Source of the DNA: Paraphysomonas bandaiensis
Taxonomy: Eukaryota; Protista; Chrysophyceae
DNA: 64,000 nucleotides
Assembly: GCA_965644295.1 (NCBI GenBank)
Contig: CBFFRP010000164.1
Location: forward strand, 1-64,000
Reading direction: 5' to 3'
A model generated the notes under the pieces. The model did not search any database and was not told the DNA's origin. It saw only the letters and a program-made list of their open reading frames with translations. A program made the position numbers and the translations under genes. Shown here one piece after another: positions 34,701 through 49,600 of this stretch (within the stretch, counting starts at the first letter, position 1; the number at the start of each line of letters is the position of its first letter).

Positions 34701-36243
34701 CGAATCACGTTCGTTTTCTGCTTGTTCCTGCACTGGGGGAATGTCGCTGCTGTTAGCACGATAGCGCAAATTGCATTCCTTATCTTCAGCAGAGCAAGGG
34801 TCACAAAGAGAAGTCCATTCATCAGTGGTCAGGAGGTCCTCCTCAAACTCATCACCGCGGTCGCCCCCACTCTCACTTTCAGAACTTGAGCTTGAGTCTC
34901 CAAACATGGCGTTCATTTCACTAAGAAGACTCTTTTCTCGTCGGGGCATTCTCGATTCCGTACTAGTCGTACATAATCTGCCATCGGTGATGCTGTTTTG
35001 ACCTTTGTCATATGCACTTGAATCCAAGCTGGTGGTACAATTCGAAGTAACAGTGCCATTCGAGGCACTGCTGTCTGACATATCGCCACCAAACATTGCG
35101 AGACGCATTCTAGCCTTCTGTCTCGATAAATTTCCTGAACCCGCTGAAAAAGCTCGGAGTTGCAGCGTACTCAGTGTTGTTTGATACACCATTTGCTGGG
35201 TTTCTGAAGAAGATACCGCTGATAAGGACAATAAAAGGGTTGTAAGTAGATCAATATACTTTTTCACAGGAACAAATGAACCTTCCGTAATAATATATTC
35301 CCATTGGGTTGCATGAGTTCCACAAAACTCACATACGTGTCGATATATAGCGTCGGCAGATATCTGCGCTGGGAGCACGACAAGGGCCCGAGAAACAGAG
35401 TAAACAGTTTCATGAGATAGTTGAGACATAATATGCCTTGCCGCTTCTTCGTGAGAGCATCCCCCATTTCCTTTCTTCTTATCATGCTTAGATTTTTTTT
35501 TGGAAGAAATCGGTCTTATGTGAAGTTGTGAAATTTTACCCCAGCCAATCCCCGTTGGTTCTGACCGTGTGAGGGTTGCAGTGCTACTTTTAGAATGCAC
35601 TAAGTTCGAGGAAGGTATTTCACATCGCTCTTCCAGAGTTCCCTCTTTGGCAACAGGAAGCACTAAGTGTGCGCTGTCCTGCACGTGTAGACCATCTGGT
35701 ACTGCAGTGGAAGCTTCATTACTACCGTCCGACTGATTGTCACTGTCACTGTCCCATGACATATTGTCCAATGCATTATCCACAGCACTTCCAATATCAT
35801 AATTAAAAGCAGATGTACTATCAGCAGGTGGAGCCGGAACAGAGAGTGGACGCGCAAGTGAATCGCAAGACACTGCAGGCAACCAACCTTTATTCGTGGT
35901 AGAAGTAGCATCGAGATCTGATACACGAGATTTTTTGGAAGGAGGTACAATATCAATTTGATCACTATTTCTAGAAAATTTCCTACGGTTCCATTCATAC
36001 ATAAACCAGTATATACTTGATAGAATTACAGGTATACCTGCTTGATTGCTTTGAGAGGGATGTATCAGTGAATGATGGTTCTGCAAATCCAGATAATGTC
36101 TTCTGTCTTGATAATGCAAGTTTTTTCTCTAAACTTTCTATTTTTTCTTTTAAATTTGTATTCTCTTGACGAAGTTTTTCCATTGCTTTACTTGCATTGA
36201 CCACCGCAGCTTCCATACGTTTGATATATGCATCTTTATCCAT
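31779..36243 (-). CDS. Multi-exon large protein: N-terminal coiled coil, long unknown region, C-terminal glycosyltransferase family 25 domain
   Basis: ORFs 35995-36243, 34539-36119, 34280-34528, 33003-34289, 32591-33025 and 31779-32714 appear joined by ~50-nt GT-AG introns. Junctions at 36037-35983, ~33000 and ~32720 were checked in frame. GT25 motifs FIINLDARADRW, SAVD, ERACAASH, VMEDDA, HAYLLS, PVDNF. Confidence 0.75.
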
Positions 36244-36786
36244 GTTATTATAGATATTTCGATGAGATATTACAGTGTGCTAGAACATGATAATATGATG
36301 CTATGTATCGTATAGAGCACGACTAGTTTGCTCATGTGGACTCTGCATGTTAGAATGATGATTCGATGTGTAGATGGGCCGGTGACCAATAGTACAGTAG
36401 TACAATGCAGTTGTCACCTATATATACATTGTACTGCTGTACATAATCCAGGAGTACAACATCTGCTGGTGTCCACTTCGCTTTGCTAGGAATTCCTATG
36501 TGTCATCAGATACACTGTATACTGCACTGCTGTACTAATGTACCCCTGTACTGCTCCACTATGTATGTACCAGGATCATGATCATTTTGTGGAGGAGCGC
36601 TGCAGTGTATACCAGTATACCAGTATACGAGTATACGTATACCCCCCTAATCCTCGTGTGCCTACGGCTGTATATGACACTTGCAAGGTCATGCATACCA
36701 TACTGTCCATATATATATAACTCCATTGCTCATATTGCTGCATCTATCACACACAGACATATTCAACTCGAACTAATCTATCTAAA

Positions 36787-37453
36787 ATGACAATTTCTGC
36801 ATGGTATATGGACAATGAAGAAACAGATCAGGTGGGATATCATCTCATGACTTGTGTGCGCTATGTCATATACACTATCACAGAGGTTGCCCCACAAGAC
36901 TGACCCGGTACGTCCTGTACCAAAGCAGAAGTTGATCGATCTCGGTGTTCTTTTCTGGGAAAATATTCAAGGTATAATATGTTTGTGATGTGGTATTATG
37001 TTTCATAGTTTGACAGGTGAGGATGATCCCAAGCTTGCAGAAATCAAAGCAGAGAGAGGATACACCTATTCAGATGTTATTGAGTGCTGTCCAGAGAAGT
37101 TACCTGGATATGAAACTAAAATCTTGAATTTTTTTGAGGAGCATATTCATCGTGACGAAGAGATTCGATTCTGTGTGGACGGATCCGGATATTTTGATGT
37201 GAGAGACGAAAACGATGAGTGGATCCGAATTGAGCTTGGAAAAGGCGATATGATTATATTGCCTGAAGGAATTATGCACCGCTACACAAACGATATGAAC
37301 AACTATATCAAAGCTATGCGTCTGTTCGTTGGAGAGCCTGTCTGGACTCCTTACAATAGAAACGAGATTGCCGATGATGACGACAGCGTTGTCAAGTACA
37401 AGGAGAACTTCATTGTGAAGAACAAAAAGGCCAAAGTTGAAGCATCCGCGTAG
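36787..37453 (+). CDS. ADI1: Acireductone dioxygenase (introns 36832-36883, 36972-37016)
   Basis: AWYMD...[41 protein letters not shown]. Confidence 0.95.
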
Positions 37454-38093
37454 GCTAATGGTAATGTTGTGATGCTTTCGTAGTTGGGGAGTCGATTAAT
37501 TAACTCACGAACCTTACTAATAATTCATGACTATTATTTTGTTGAAGTCAAGTGTCAACATTTTTAAGACATCAGGCTTTCAAAACCAATATATACGATG
37601 TATGTATACCATATACTCCACTAATATATATCTTACTGACTGATTCCCAAAATACGATAGTTGTGATGAGGGGTTTGACTTCGATAAATGCAATTGCGAA
37701 TAGCCCGCTATTTAGCATTGCAATATTCATTATTGAAGATTGGCAATTGAGCCAGCTATATATCTCAAGTGCCTTAAAGCATTGTTTGAATTTCGCTATA
37801 TATGGAATGCAACCGTAATAAACACTAACTTCACCGTTGAACACACAGGTGAAGTGTCTTCATGAGCAACGAAGTCACTGCGTAGTTGATGACAAATAGT
37901 ATATTATTTATTCACGGAAACACTCTCATTAGCCTAAATCTAGCTATGAACTACGAGCCACCACAATTAGACAGTCTTCACTACACTGATATCAAAAATA
38001 TGTACTTGTGTGCGCGCATTAGTGCACCGATGCAAAGTGTGGGTCCGTCAGAGGTCATAGTCTATTTTCCTATATATGTCCCCGCCGCGATAA

Positions 38094-40122
38094 CTATTTA
38101 ATCAAACCACTGGTGTTTCTCTCGATAATGTATTTTGACATATCGCTCGGGTATACAAATGAGCCGTAATTCAAACCCGAATTAAGTCTATCGCGCTTAA
38201 TTCGGGATGCTATATACGCTTCTGCAACCTACGTATAAATACAGTAAATATGACTGAATGGTTAGAAAATCGAAAGTATATACCATCGGGTCTCCATATC
38301 GTGCCATGACAGAGGCTTGCATTGCCAATGCGAGCATGTCTACTAACCGCCTGGCCTCACGCTGTATCATAGGACTCATTATGTTCTCAGACGCTGCACG
38401 GGAAACTCTTTTCTCTATATCCGATATAAACTCGTCTAGAGAAGGATCCATTCCGCATGCGAGCTTTATGTCCCTCAATAATACCGGGAAAGATTTGTGA
38501 GCACGCAGAACATCCAGCGCAATTATATTCCCAGACCCCTCCCATATTGCGTTCAGAGGACTTTGACGATAGAGCATTCCCATGTTAAAATCTTCGACAT
38601 AGCCATTGCCCCCAAACGCCTGATTGACGCAGTATAAATATCAATATAAAAGGAACGTAAAAACATGTGCACACCTCCATGCACTCGTATGCGAATCCAG
38701 GATATCTCTTCGTTACCCAGTACTTTCCAACTGCAACCCCAATTCGGAAGAGTTCCTGTGCCTCTGTATACTCTGTATCAGTGCGCTTCAGTTTCTCCAC
38801 CATTGGCCCAGCCCCAGATGTCAAAAACGCGGCAGGAATATTACGATGATGCAGAGATGAATCATAAGCGCCGGCCAAGTGCAGGGCAGTCAATGTATGA
38901 GCTTCAGACTCCACACACAGATCAGTCAGTAAATTTTCCATAAGTGGATGCGCAATGAGAGGTGAGCCAAACGACTTTCGATGCGTCTACAAAGCAAATA
39001 AAACAATTGTAAAACAAATCCAGAAAGATATCGCAGTGTGAGCTCACCACGTGATTGAGGGCTTGTTGCAAAGCTCGTCGTGCCCCCCCTGCACTCCCAA
39101 GGACACAATCTAGCCTGGTACTCTGTACCATCTCAATGATAGTCTTCACACCTCTGCCCTCCTCACCAAGCATAACAGCATGTGCATCATCATACTCCAC
39201 TTCACTGGACGCGTTTGCTCGATCTCCGACTTTGTCTTTGAGTCGCATTACTCTAAAGCCCGTGTTACGAGTACCATCAGGTAGCCACCGGGAGACGATG
39301 AAGCATGATGGGGTATCCTTTCCACGAGTCATAGCCAGTGTTAAAAATATATCGCTCATCGGAGCGGAGGTGAACCACTGTGAATACCGTTATTCCACTG
39401 TAGAAATTAAGAAATGTACATTGTATCATCCATACCTTGTGGCCGCGCAGCGTGTATGATGCATCATGACCAGTGCGAGCAGGATCCAGTGGAGTTGCCA
39501 ATGTCGTGTTTGCTCTCACGTCAGACCCGCCTTGTTTCTCGGTCATCGACATTCCTGCTGTTATAGCCACCTTTTCTTCAATCGGTACATCCCGAGGATC
39601 GTAATCCATGGTACACAACTTGTCAACGAGGTCAGTCCTTCCCCACTTTAGCAAAGGTGGAACAGCCGCGGTGGTCATTACCAAAGGACAGCAGTGTCCA
39701 GGCTCGAGCTGATTCTCCATATAAATCAGTCCCGCTCGAGCAACATGTGAACCGGCTTCAGCAGTAGCGTGACCAAATGCCGATACACCATTGCGAAGGC
39801 CTTGCTGCATTAAGTGGTGGTAGCTGTCGTGATAATCAATCACATCAATTCTACGTCCATAGGAGTCAAACTGACGTAATGTGGGTTTATTCTTCTCCGC
39901 CAAAGTAGCATGCTTCATGTTCGCTGCTGTGCCACATAACTCCCCATACTTATGAAGTCTGTCTCTGTGAGTCTCAAGGATGAATTCTGAACTCGATAGT
40001 ACAGGATCTGCAGTGCATAAATTAATATTCTCCAGTGGAGATGATTGATTGAAAACAGTATGTGTCACACTGGAGAATCCTCTCATGGAGCATCTCCTCA
40101 TCACTCTATTTAGTTTCAGCAT
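38094..40122 (-). CDS. AidB-like acyl-CoA dehydrogenase, multi-exon, probable mitochondrial presequence
   Basis: EPGHCCPLVMT, GMSMTEKQGGSDVRAN, RLKDKVGDRANASSEVE, GKYWVTKR, PLNAIWEGSGNIIALD. Confidence 0.92.
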
Positions 40123-43100
40123 ATATATAATTGAATTCGTTATGTATTATCACAATCGTATTGTACTTAATCAAACAAATCTCTACTGTTTTGAATGAGC
40201 TGATTAGCTTCTTATACACAGAGTTGTAGAATAAATACCAGTATGAACTATGAACACAAGCAACTTATATGACAGTCTATAGACATACTATACTATAGTA
40301 CTATACTATATGTACAGTAGTATGATACTATCATTGCTGTATGATAGATTCTCGTAGAGTGGTCTATACAGCAGTGTATGGTATACCACTTTCTAGCTAT
40401 TATTTCAATCAATATCCCCTAAAAAACTAAATAACAGGGTTTTATCATAATAGTCAGTATTTATAGTACAAAATATGATAAAAATCTGATATTTTGATGT
40501 CATGTCTGTTGAACTGTACAGTATCTTGTAACTGTAAATAGATGACACTGATATCTTGTTAAGCCAACTTGCAAATGCTGACCGTTCAATTCAATTGACC
40601 TCAAGCATTGAGCAAACTATTAAAACTCAAACTTAGTAGAGAATTCATAATAAATATAACATTGATGTTGATTTCTATATCAGTCATTGATAGTGTATAG
40701 TTAAGAGTGAGGATCATATGTACAAAATCAATAAACAAAATACATAGAGATAACTCCATCTATATCAGTTGAATCAGATTAATGGAGAAAAAGGATTACC
40801 TTATATGGAACTCTTTTTCTTTTGCTCTCGACGCCGATGCTCGGATTGGATCATTTCTTCCCATCCACTCCATATAAGGAGACTTTCTAATATGGACTCT
40901 CGGCGCCGATTGTAAAGTGTTTTCATTTTCTTTTTGAAGAGTTCCGTATAAGGCGCCTCTAAGCTGTATTGCCTAAGTGTTTCCGTGTTGGACCATATTA
41001 AATACCGCAATTCAGGTCACCCAAATATACATGTATAAATCCGTTGCGTAGAATGGCATGAAAACACACATTTCTATGAAAATATAGGAGTTCTAGGGAT
41101 ACGGCAGCTTCGATCAGTGTCTACTAAGAAGTCAATACAGATCACTCTGCCTTCATTGAATCTTAATGGATACAGGAGATGATAAGGGGTCCTCATTCGG
41201 AGGTATAGATATGACCACATATGGCAATCTAATAGTATACAGTAAATAGATTGAGTGAAATGACGTTTGATCTGATGCATTGTATTAGCTATTGGGTTTA
41301 ATAAACAATATAATACTCAAGCTATGAATTAATTCATATGATTGGGTGCTGTTACCTACAGGAGAATTCTGAAAGCACGTCCTATGTGTGCCATTCCAAG
41401 TTGAACTTGTAGGTAGCTAGATGTTCTCTGCAAAATCAAACTAATATAAGTGGATATGCTTTCTTAAAAAACATAAATGAAAAGAACATAGATGACATTG
41501 CATCTGCGTACATTACAAATATCTACCTCGAAATGACTTCGTTTAGCATATTAGAATTTCACTCAATATCTTGGTATCGCCAAATATGAGATCAGGGTTA
41601 TGATATAGGAGGGTGCAGAGCTACAACCGCCATGAGTCCCTCTACAGCACCTTCTTATCTTATTCTACTGCTATGACTGATTCCTCTCTGCCCCTCATAT
41701 TTTCTTTCTTTCTTCTCCTTTTATTCAATGCAGATTGAAGCTTAGTAATAGTAAGAAGAATGTTGTGATTATTAGAGTGTAAAGTGATGAATACAATAAT
41801 ATCGGAAAGAGTGAATAATAATGCAGAACATAACTATTATGCACAACGGAATAGTTAGAAGTATAACTGACAATGACGATCAAATATCTTTCACATATAC
41901 TATAATTAATTCAGCTCATGATATATTTATTGAACATTATATTTCACATATTATGCTATCTTATATTAATAATAATGAATATGATGAATCCACTCAATGA
42001 AATATACTCCACCTCAATGAAATAATCAGTAAACTGTGGATTATAGTTGGACACGAGCACCTTGCCTTCGGGAATTTTTCATACCAGGAGGGGGTACATG
42101 TATATATGTCTTCCTCGAGGCCGGTATTTATATAAGTAGTTGTGAAGTCAATCTGAGGGAATTTGAGTTTCATAATAGATTAGTGTTCGCAGTGATGTCG
42201 CCTTTTAGCTACAGGGCTGTACATGTCTTTGGGTGAATCCCTGAGCGACCAGTCGAGCCTTGAACTTAACTTCATTTTGTTTCCTTTATATTTTGAAGAT
42301 AAGCTTTCCTTTAATGGCTAGTGCTCCCGGTGGTAAAGGGGCATATCTCCAACATCCTTTCCTTTGAAGAGCGGATACTACTCTGTTTATTGTGTTTATT
42401 CACTGCTGTTGATGTTTCCCTGAGATCGCATCTTGTACACACTTTGGTGTATTCGTTAGTTCCTCAATATCATTACGACTACTAGCATGCATATAACAAT
42501 ATCGATATTGTGTATTTTACGTATGTATTGTTTGTCATGTGCCATATGATACACTGTGCAATAACATCACATCTGTTTGCACCATTACCAAATTTGCGTA
42601 GATTTACCATTATATTATCATTGAACATTCTATTATTTCACATGTACTATCTTAAATTATGATGAATCCTAATATATTCATTGTTGTAACGACATCAGCA
42701 CCAAAGCAACCCCTAACTTCACAAGTCATATTGTACCGAAGTGAAGGATTAGTCACCTAGTAGCTTCTCAAAGTAAAATTACATAGGAACTAGCTTGGGA
42801 TAATCTCACGTCGTGCTCATCTCACCAAAACACAAAACATAAAATATATACACACTAAAGACAACATCCTACTCTGACACTGCTGACGAAACTGATAACA
42901 CTGAGCGATGTTATAGTAGACATGACAACAACATAATACACGACCACCAAAACCGATAAATTAGACTTATCTCACCATTAATAGTTAACACTCTTAAGCT
43001 GATCTAGGTCATTTAAAGAAACTTTCTATGATCACTTCGAACATCTCTGACTCTCTCCTAATTACTTTTTCAAATGCTTTTTTATCATATATAACAACTC

Positions 43101-43691
43101 TACACAGGGTTTTTGTAGAGATATCAGAGGATAAATTACCAGCAATTTGATATAGATTAAAGGATAATATGATACAATATATTGCGATTTTGAACAGTCC
43201 GTCGGGGTCTACACATTCATGCTCTATTCCTAATGATACTCTATCTCTAATCTTAATATGTTCATAAAAATAGGTCCCAACAATTATAATGACATTACCG
43301 TTACTGGTTACCAGGCTCTGGCTCAGATAAGACTAGTTTGTCGCAGTTGTGAATTATAAAGATTGAGATTTATAACTTCCTAAATTTCAGCTCTTCAATG
43401 GAAAGTAACTTTGAAACTGAAGTTACCATATTGAGAAAAGTTGTGAAGTTAAGATGACTAACAACCACCTTGCCAGCTGAAGAGAGGGGTTTTATTATTT
43501 CACTGAACTGTTCGTAAGGCTACACAGCTGAGTGGAAAATGTTTTGTAATACACAGGAAAGGTATGACTATCTCGCCCCAGTTTTTGTTAGTGTAGAAAG
43601 ATCAAAAGAATCTGCTATGTCACTTATATGTAGAAGCTAACTATCGTATGTGTGAATACAGAATAATGACATCAAAAGTACACAAGAGTTA

Positions 43692-46600
43692 CTATCCGCG
43701 TAGTTTGCTTTGTGCCTTCGCTACAACAGGGTCAACCGTATCTGCGAACCCTTCTCTTCGTTTTTCCCACTTTGCAATAGACTCCTCCACGGCGACACTC
43801 CCTGCATCTTCCGACGACTGTAGTCGCTGCACCACCATAGAGTGCCACTCATCGCGGTTAGTCTTCAAGTGTGTAACAGCATTGATAAGCTTAGGGAAGA
43901 TATGGGTGAGTGCCAAAAAGAAAGGAGCAACAATGAAATCTGTAAAGTTGACAGATAATTCATCTTGGCGAGTGGTATTTCTATCCATGTTGGGTGACAC
44001 CGGTAGGCCCTCACGCTTCTCTCTGTCTCCCTGTGAAAAAAATTCTTCTACGACCAGATCACTCCACTTTTTAGAGACTTTCCAGCATTTCGCAGGATTG
44101 CTTATATCCGCTGTGTGAAGGATGGCCTTGAGGAGAGTCTCGCGATCCTTGTCCTCCAGAGATACCTTCTCGATAGTATCTTCTTTATTGTCTGCAGACA
44201 CTGTAGACGCACATCCACGGCTGTCCAGAGCCATATCATCCATAAACTTTCTCCCAACCAGATCGTCCACATCGCTCTTTAGAGAAAAATGACACGTCAT
44301 GTCAGTAGCCAGAACGATACTTATCATGGTCTTTCGAACGATTTTGTAAGTTGCGTTATCAAGTGATGAAAATATGTTACATTTCGGTTGATTCGCTGTT
44401 TTGAACGCCAGTGCACAGTGATGATTTTCTAGCACACTTATGTCATTGTACTGGATTGCCAAGTTTGTCTTCGCGTTGACGTGGTAGAGGTTATTCGTAC
44501 CAGTATGGTCAAGGTCGTGAATAATTGCTCCTACAACAAGGGCCAAAATATCATGTGACCTTAACAATTCGAAAGCGCCTAGCTCAGACACAAACACGAA
44601 ACATGTCTGGGCCACGTCAGATATGTGGTAATAGTTGTGGTATGGGTTATTATGTCGGGTCATAAACTCCTGTACTTTATCCATAAAGCACCGCCACACA
44701 GTGGCTTCTATTTCAAATCCATCTGAGAGCCCCAAACTAGACAGAATCATCATCGACAATGGAAGAAGTTCGTGTGGTTCTAAGTCCCAGACATCGAAAT
44801 CCCAGCTATAGCAGTTACGAATTGGATGGTTATTATCCCGGAATATTCCTATCGACATGGGTATATGCCCCCCCTCTCTGGCTACAGAGGGCCACTCCTC
44901 AATAGTAGAAGTCATAATCCGCCTCAATGATCGTTCGAACATAGCAAGAGGAAAGTATTCACCGTCTTCGGAGTCACCATGGTGTACGAGAGCCTGCCCG
45001 TGAAGCTGATGCGATACCATCCAGTCATAGATTTGATGTGCCGTGAATGGCCCTTGGGGTACACCCTCTTTATCCTTGCAGTAGTACCCTCCGCTTTCGG
45101 CAACTGCAAGGCTCAGTACGGGTGGTTCGTTTTCACCCCATACACTCACAGAAAGGCGCTTGAAGCTCATATCAGAGGTTGGAGAGCCAGCCTGAAGCTG
45201 CACAACACTCGCACGACGCGCTTTCAAATTGACCGACTTCTCGCGGGTCAGGATCAGATTTCTCTCTGCAGTTTCTGTAGGCGTGCTCTCTCTCGTATAC
45301 TGCGAGGCTAACCAGTCAAGATGTTGTTGATCCAGAGTGCTGGCCTGTTCTAGAACGTGCTTGAATGGATTCCTCATATCATCGTCCGTGGTGGCATTCT
45401 CGGGGCTAACCCCTAAGTCACTGATTACCTCTCTCAGCTGCCGACATATCCACATTTTGTTCACGCTGCCGGACTCTGCTGTAGCAACAACCTCTCCGGA
45501 GTAGTTATTTACATTTCGGAGAATAGATTGCAGCTTGGATCCTGCCTGCTTCACTTGCACGGACTGGGCCGCAGTGTCCCCCCCGTGTCTGGATCTGCTG
45601 TTCATGCGACGAGCCACGTAACGGTTAGGCCCAGGCCCAACATTATCACTGTCGTCATCAGAAATATCAGAGTCAGGGCTATCCGCGAGTTTCAACAGAA
45701 ATATTAAGTCTTCTATTGTGCCAATTCGACCTGCTGGCGCTGGTACAGGATTCATACTTTTAAGTTCATCTTCTTCTTTCAACTCTGTTCGGATTCTACT
45801 TTTCATTTTGTCTAGTGATCCATCGCTTGCTAGGAGTGACTCCTTCAGATGGGGGCTGAGTACAGCCTCCAAAACAACGCATATTTCTCCACACTGCGGC
45901 TGCTGTGACTCATCAAGAGAGTGGTCATTTCGAGTACGGGTTTCTAGTGGATACCAAGTCCCTTCCACACTGTCATCCGCGGTACTATCAGACGCATTTT
46001 CCACAATTCTCACGTCCGATATTGCCAAATCAATATAACCAATTAAATCATCCGTTAAAAATATGTCCATACTGTTAATAGAAATCGTCAGCTTACTGCA
46101 GAGCCACTGCCGCTGAGATAGTGGAAATTCAAACTTATGCTTGAAAAAGATTTCTTCAGTAGAATCGAATGACAGGTGGCTTCTCATAGATTCGCCATCA
46201 ACGAGCCCCTTCACATAGCAGTTACCAGACCCGTACACATCAGGGCATATAATGTTACGAGCACTTAGAATAGTGACATGAAGCTCCACATCAGACTTCC
46301 CAGCATTAGAATTGGTAGTATTCGCTAAGGAGGCAGGATCTACTATATCGATGGTTTCCTCCGTATCCATATCACACTCCCCTGACAATTCATTCGCGTA
46401 CTTAATCATGTATACCCAGTCTGTGATATCAGCTTCAGAGGCACCGGCAAAGAGAAAACTTCTATTTTCATCCTGACAGCTTTTATCTTTCAAGTACTGT
46501 TGTGCATCAATTCGGAACACAAATTCTTTTTCGTGTTGAACATAACTTGGTTCAATTTGAACAAACGAACCACGGAGAAAAATTACTTGGGTAGGGGTGG

Positions 46601-49600
46601 CGGGAGAGGTGCTGTAATGATGCTTGTCACGATATAATGAAATATTGCCCGGAGTATTCGACGTACTTGCTGTTACCACGCAGTACCTTTGTTTCCAATC
46701 ACCTCCCTGAATTCTACGCTTGATGTTCTTTGTCAGAAAGTTGGTCGTCACCTTCTTCTGGATATCTAGCATGCCTGCTTTGAGAAAAGCAGGTCCCATG
46801 CCGCTGACTGGCATGACTTTTTCCGCGAATATTTTCCTTTGTCGTGCTTCGATATCGGATTTGTGCTTCATTACTAGAGTAGATATTTTCTCCTTTTGCT
46901 CCGTGAGCATGCGGTGAGTCACAAGACTGAACAAAAAGTCTGAAACAAAATGGTAGTTCTGGCTGTAGTCGACAACCTTCTGCAGATTCGGGACCTCTAC
47001 AAGGTAACCAAGCACCAGGAGTCCGTGCATTTCTCGCTGTAGACGGTACTTATGTCCACTTAGAGGATAGCAGTGATAAAGCGATTTCCAGCTAAATTGC
47101 TTGCCTATATGGGCAGCAGTCTTCAGAATCATCTGCTGGCAGCTACTAAGGCGATCTAATAGCGATCCATACGACTTATCGATAGCAACAGGAAGTGGAC
47201 ACGATGCTAATCCGAAGTCCTCAGTTAGACTAACATACACCTCATTGAGTGCTCCCGCGCCCCCTTCGGTAACTCCAGAGGTGGAACTCGTTGTGGTCAT
47301 GATGCTCCCTCTTCTCGCTGCTGCGACAAGACTACCGGCACTGAAAGATCCATCCTCGTTCAGTGTTGGGAGACTCGATCCATCTACGCCGGAAAGGGTA
47401 GTAAACACAAGTACGGGCGGCTGGGCTGCCTGAAGTGTCTCAACAAGCTGGATTATCATCCACGGATTTCCCATGCACTTTTGGTCAACAAGTGTGATGA
47501 TTTGTTCACTGATACTCGTCACATTCCCTCCAAGCTTTGAGAGAAGAAGGTCCTCAGTCTCCTCAGGAGGGAGGCCATCCAGCTTCAAGAAGGTAACACC
47601 AGGGGACCCAGCAAGAGCTTCGTAAACCGAATATGGTCCGCGAAATAAACTTCTGTGCTTAGCTATTGGGCGAAGTGACACAATGAGCATGATAGATGGG
47701 GATCCCAATCCAATGTCCGGGAGCTGAGCGTCCCCTAATATCTTCTGTGTGTCGGCCTTACTTCGAACACCAGCCAATGTTAGCATAAGAATCAAAACCC
47801 ATGACTCATCATCCACTCTGTGTGCATCATCTATCACCACTATGACTTCTTGCTCACACGATATGTTATACAGTAGATAGTAGTATAACTGCAACCGCCG
47901 GCAAGTCTTCTGCGACGCAGAGAGGTCATCAAGAAGGGTTCGCGCCTCCTCTGCAATATCCTCGTATTTATCGCCGTCATTGCGACACTCCTTGAGTAAA
48001 ACCTCTCCGAGTGAGGTTCCCAAAGCCCTGTCTAAAAGAGGACCATCGCATAGCAATTTGTAGCTTCCCCTTTGTAGCATGTCTCGCAGTACCTCAGTTC
48101 GGGTGGAACAGCCATTGTGGCCGCGAAGTGCTTTGCTATCAAGATACTGTTGAATAATCATGCTAAATGGTCCGTAAGCTTCAAGCGAATATGGACTGGC
48201 AGGAGCATAGTATACAGGTGCGGTGTTAGGAATAGTATTTTTGATAAATCTGCCAATCATGTGGGTTTTTCCGACACCTGCCTCACCTTCGATGATGATG
48301 GTGCTCGATTTTCGAGATTCAACGAGTGCGATCTTAGCTTGAAGAAGCGTCCGAAAGGCTAGAGCCAGTCTACTCTGAACCTTCCGTAGCTCTGACTTGC
48401 GGCAAACTATCAGTTCGATAGGATCACCAAACTTCCAGGGGTCATTGAGTGCACTTTTAGCGTCATGATAAAACACAGAAAGCCATTTCATCTTTATCGG
48501 GACATCGGGTAGAAAGAAACGTGTTCCTGATACATTGAGCGCTATCTCGTTCTCTGTGACTGGGGTCGATAGGGCTTTGGCCACAGTGGCAACCTCTATC
48601 ACCTTTCTCCGCAAAGACACAAAGTCAGACACCTCAGATGCAATGATGGGTCGAATGGTAAATGCTTCCGTGAAATCCATGGCTAGGTTATGTGGAACGA
48701 GTACGTGAATTTCAACCGAGGTCCCACTGATCCGATTTAAGCTTCGAAATGATGTCAGCTTTTGCACGGGTGACATGTCCTTTCTCGTGGCACCTGTGCC
48801 GACTGGAAGTTTGAAACTAGTAGTAGATCCGCGCCGGGCCGCGTCAGAGACTTCCCCACCTGGCAGAACCTCGGATCCTGAATTATGGGCGATAGATGCA
48901 CGTAGAATAGACTTACGAGGTCGAGCTAATGGTGCACTTAGTCGCATATGGTCCATCATAGCGTTACTTTGTCGACGAGGAGCATATGAGACACGTTCCG
49001 CGCCACCAAGGCTACTCCCAGGTGAATGCATGCTCTGAGAGCTGGACTGGATAATGTGGGAAGGCCTTGTAGGGGTAAACATACCCTGTAGAGACAGAAG
49101 AGACCGATGAACAACAGCATTCTGCAGCTGCTGCATATGGATGTCGTGATATATGTTTGGTCCCTTAACTCCAGTAATGGTGGTGCAGGCGTCCATGGGA
49201 TACGGGCGGAATACCTTAACTGGCATCGTTTTCCCCTTCACCTTGATTTCGTCGAGCGTCATGAAGTTGAGGGTCCCGTTACATGAGTTCTTCGTTTCCC
49301 AGTCGCACAACACTCCTCCGCCATCAGCATTAGCTTTTTGCATTAGTCGGGCAGAGAGATTCACCGAGTCTCCTAAAACCGTATACTCTCTCCTCGTCTT
49401 TCCGCCGACGACCCCGCAAAATACATCCCCAGTGGTAATACCCACTGATGCAATAAGTCCCAAGTCGTAAAGCCCCTCACAGAGTAGCAGAGAGGCTAGT
49501 ACCGCTCGTGTTGGATCATCATCATGCGACACAGGAGGAAGTCCAAAACACGCGATAAGTGTAGACCCTTTGTCATCCATCAGAAACTTGTTAATTGAAC

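Noticed and set aside
40801-41280. Possible small gene or terminal exon
   Set aside because: Short ORFs with no motifs and no convincing splice model.
41756-43320. Possible LTR or TE relics (degenerate repeats near 41930 and 42620; TGTAACG...CGTTAC)
   Set aside because: Too degraded to define boundaries or class.
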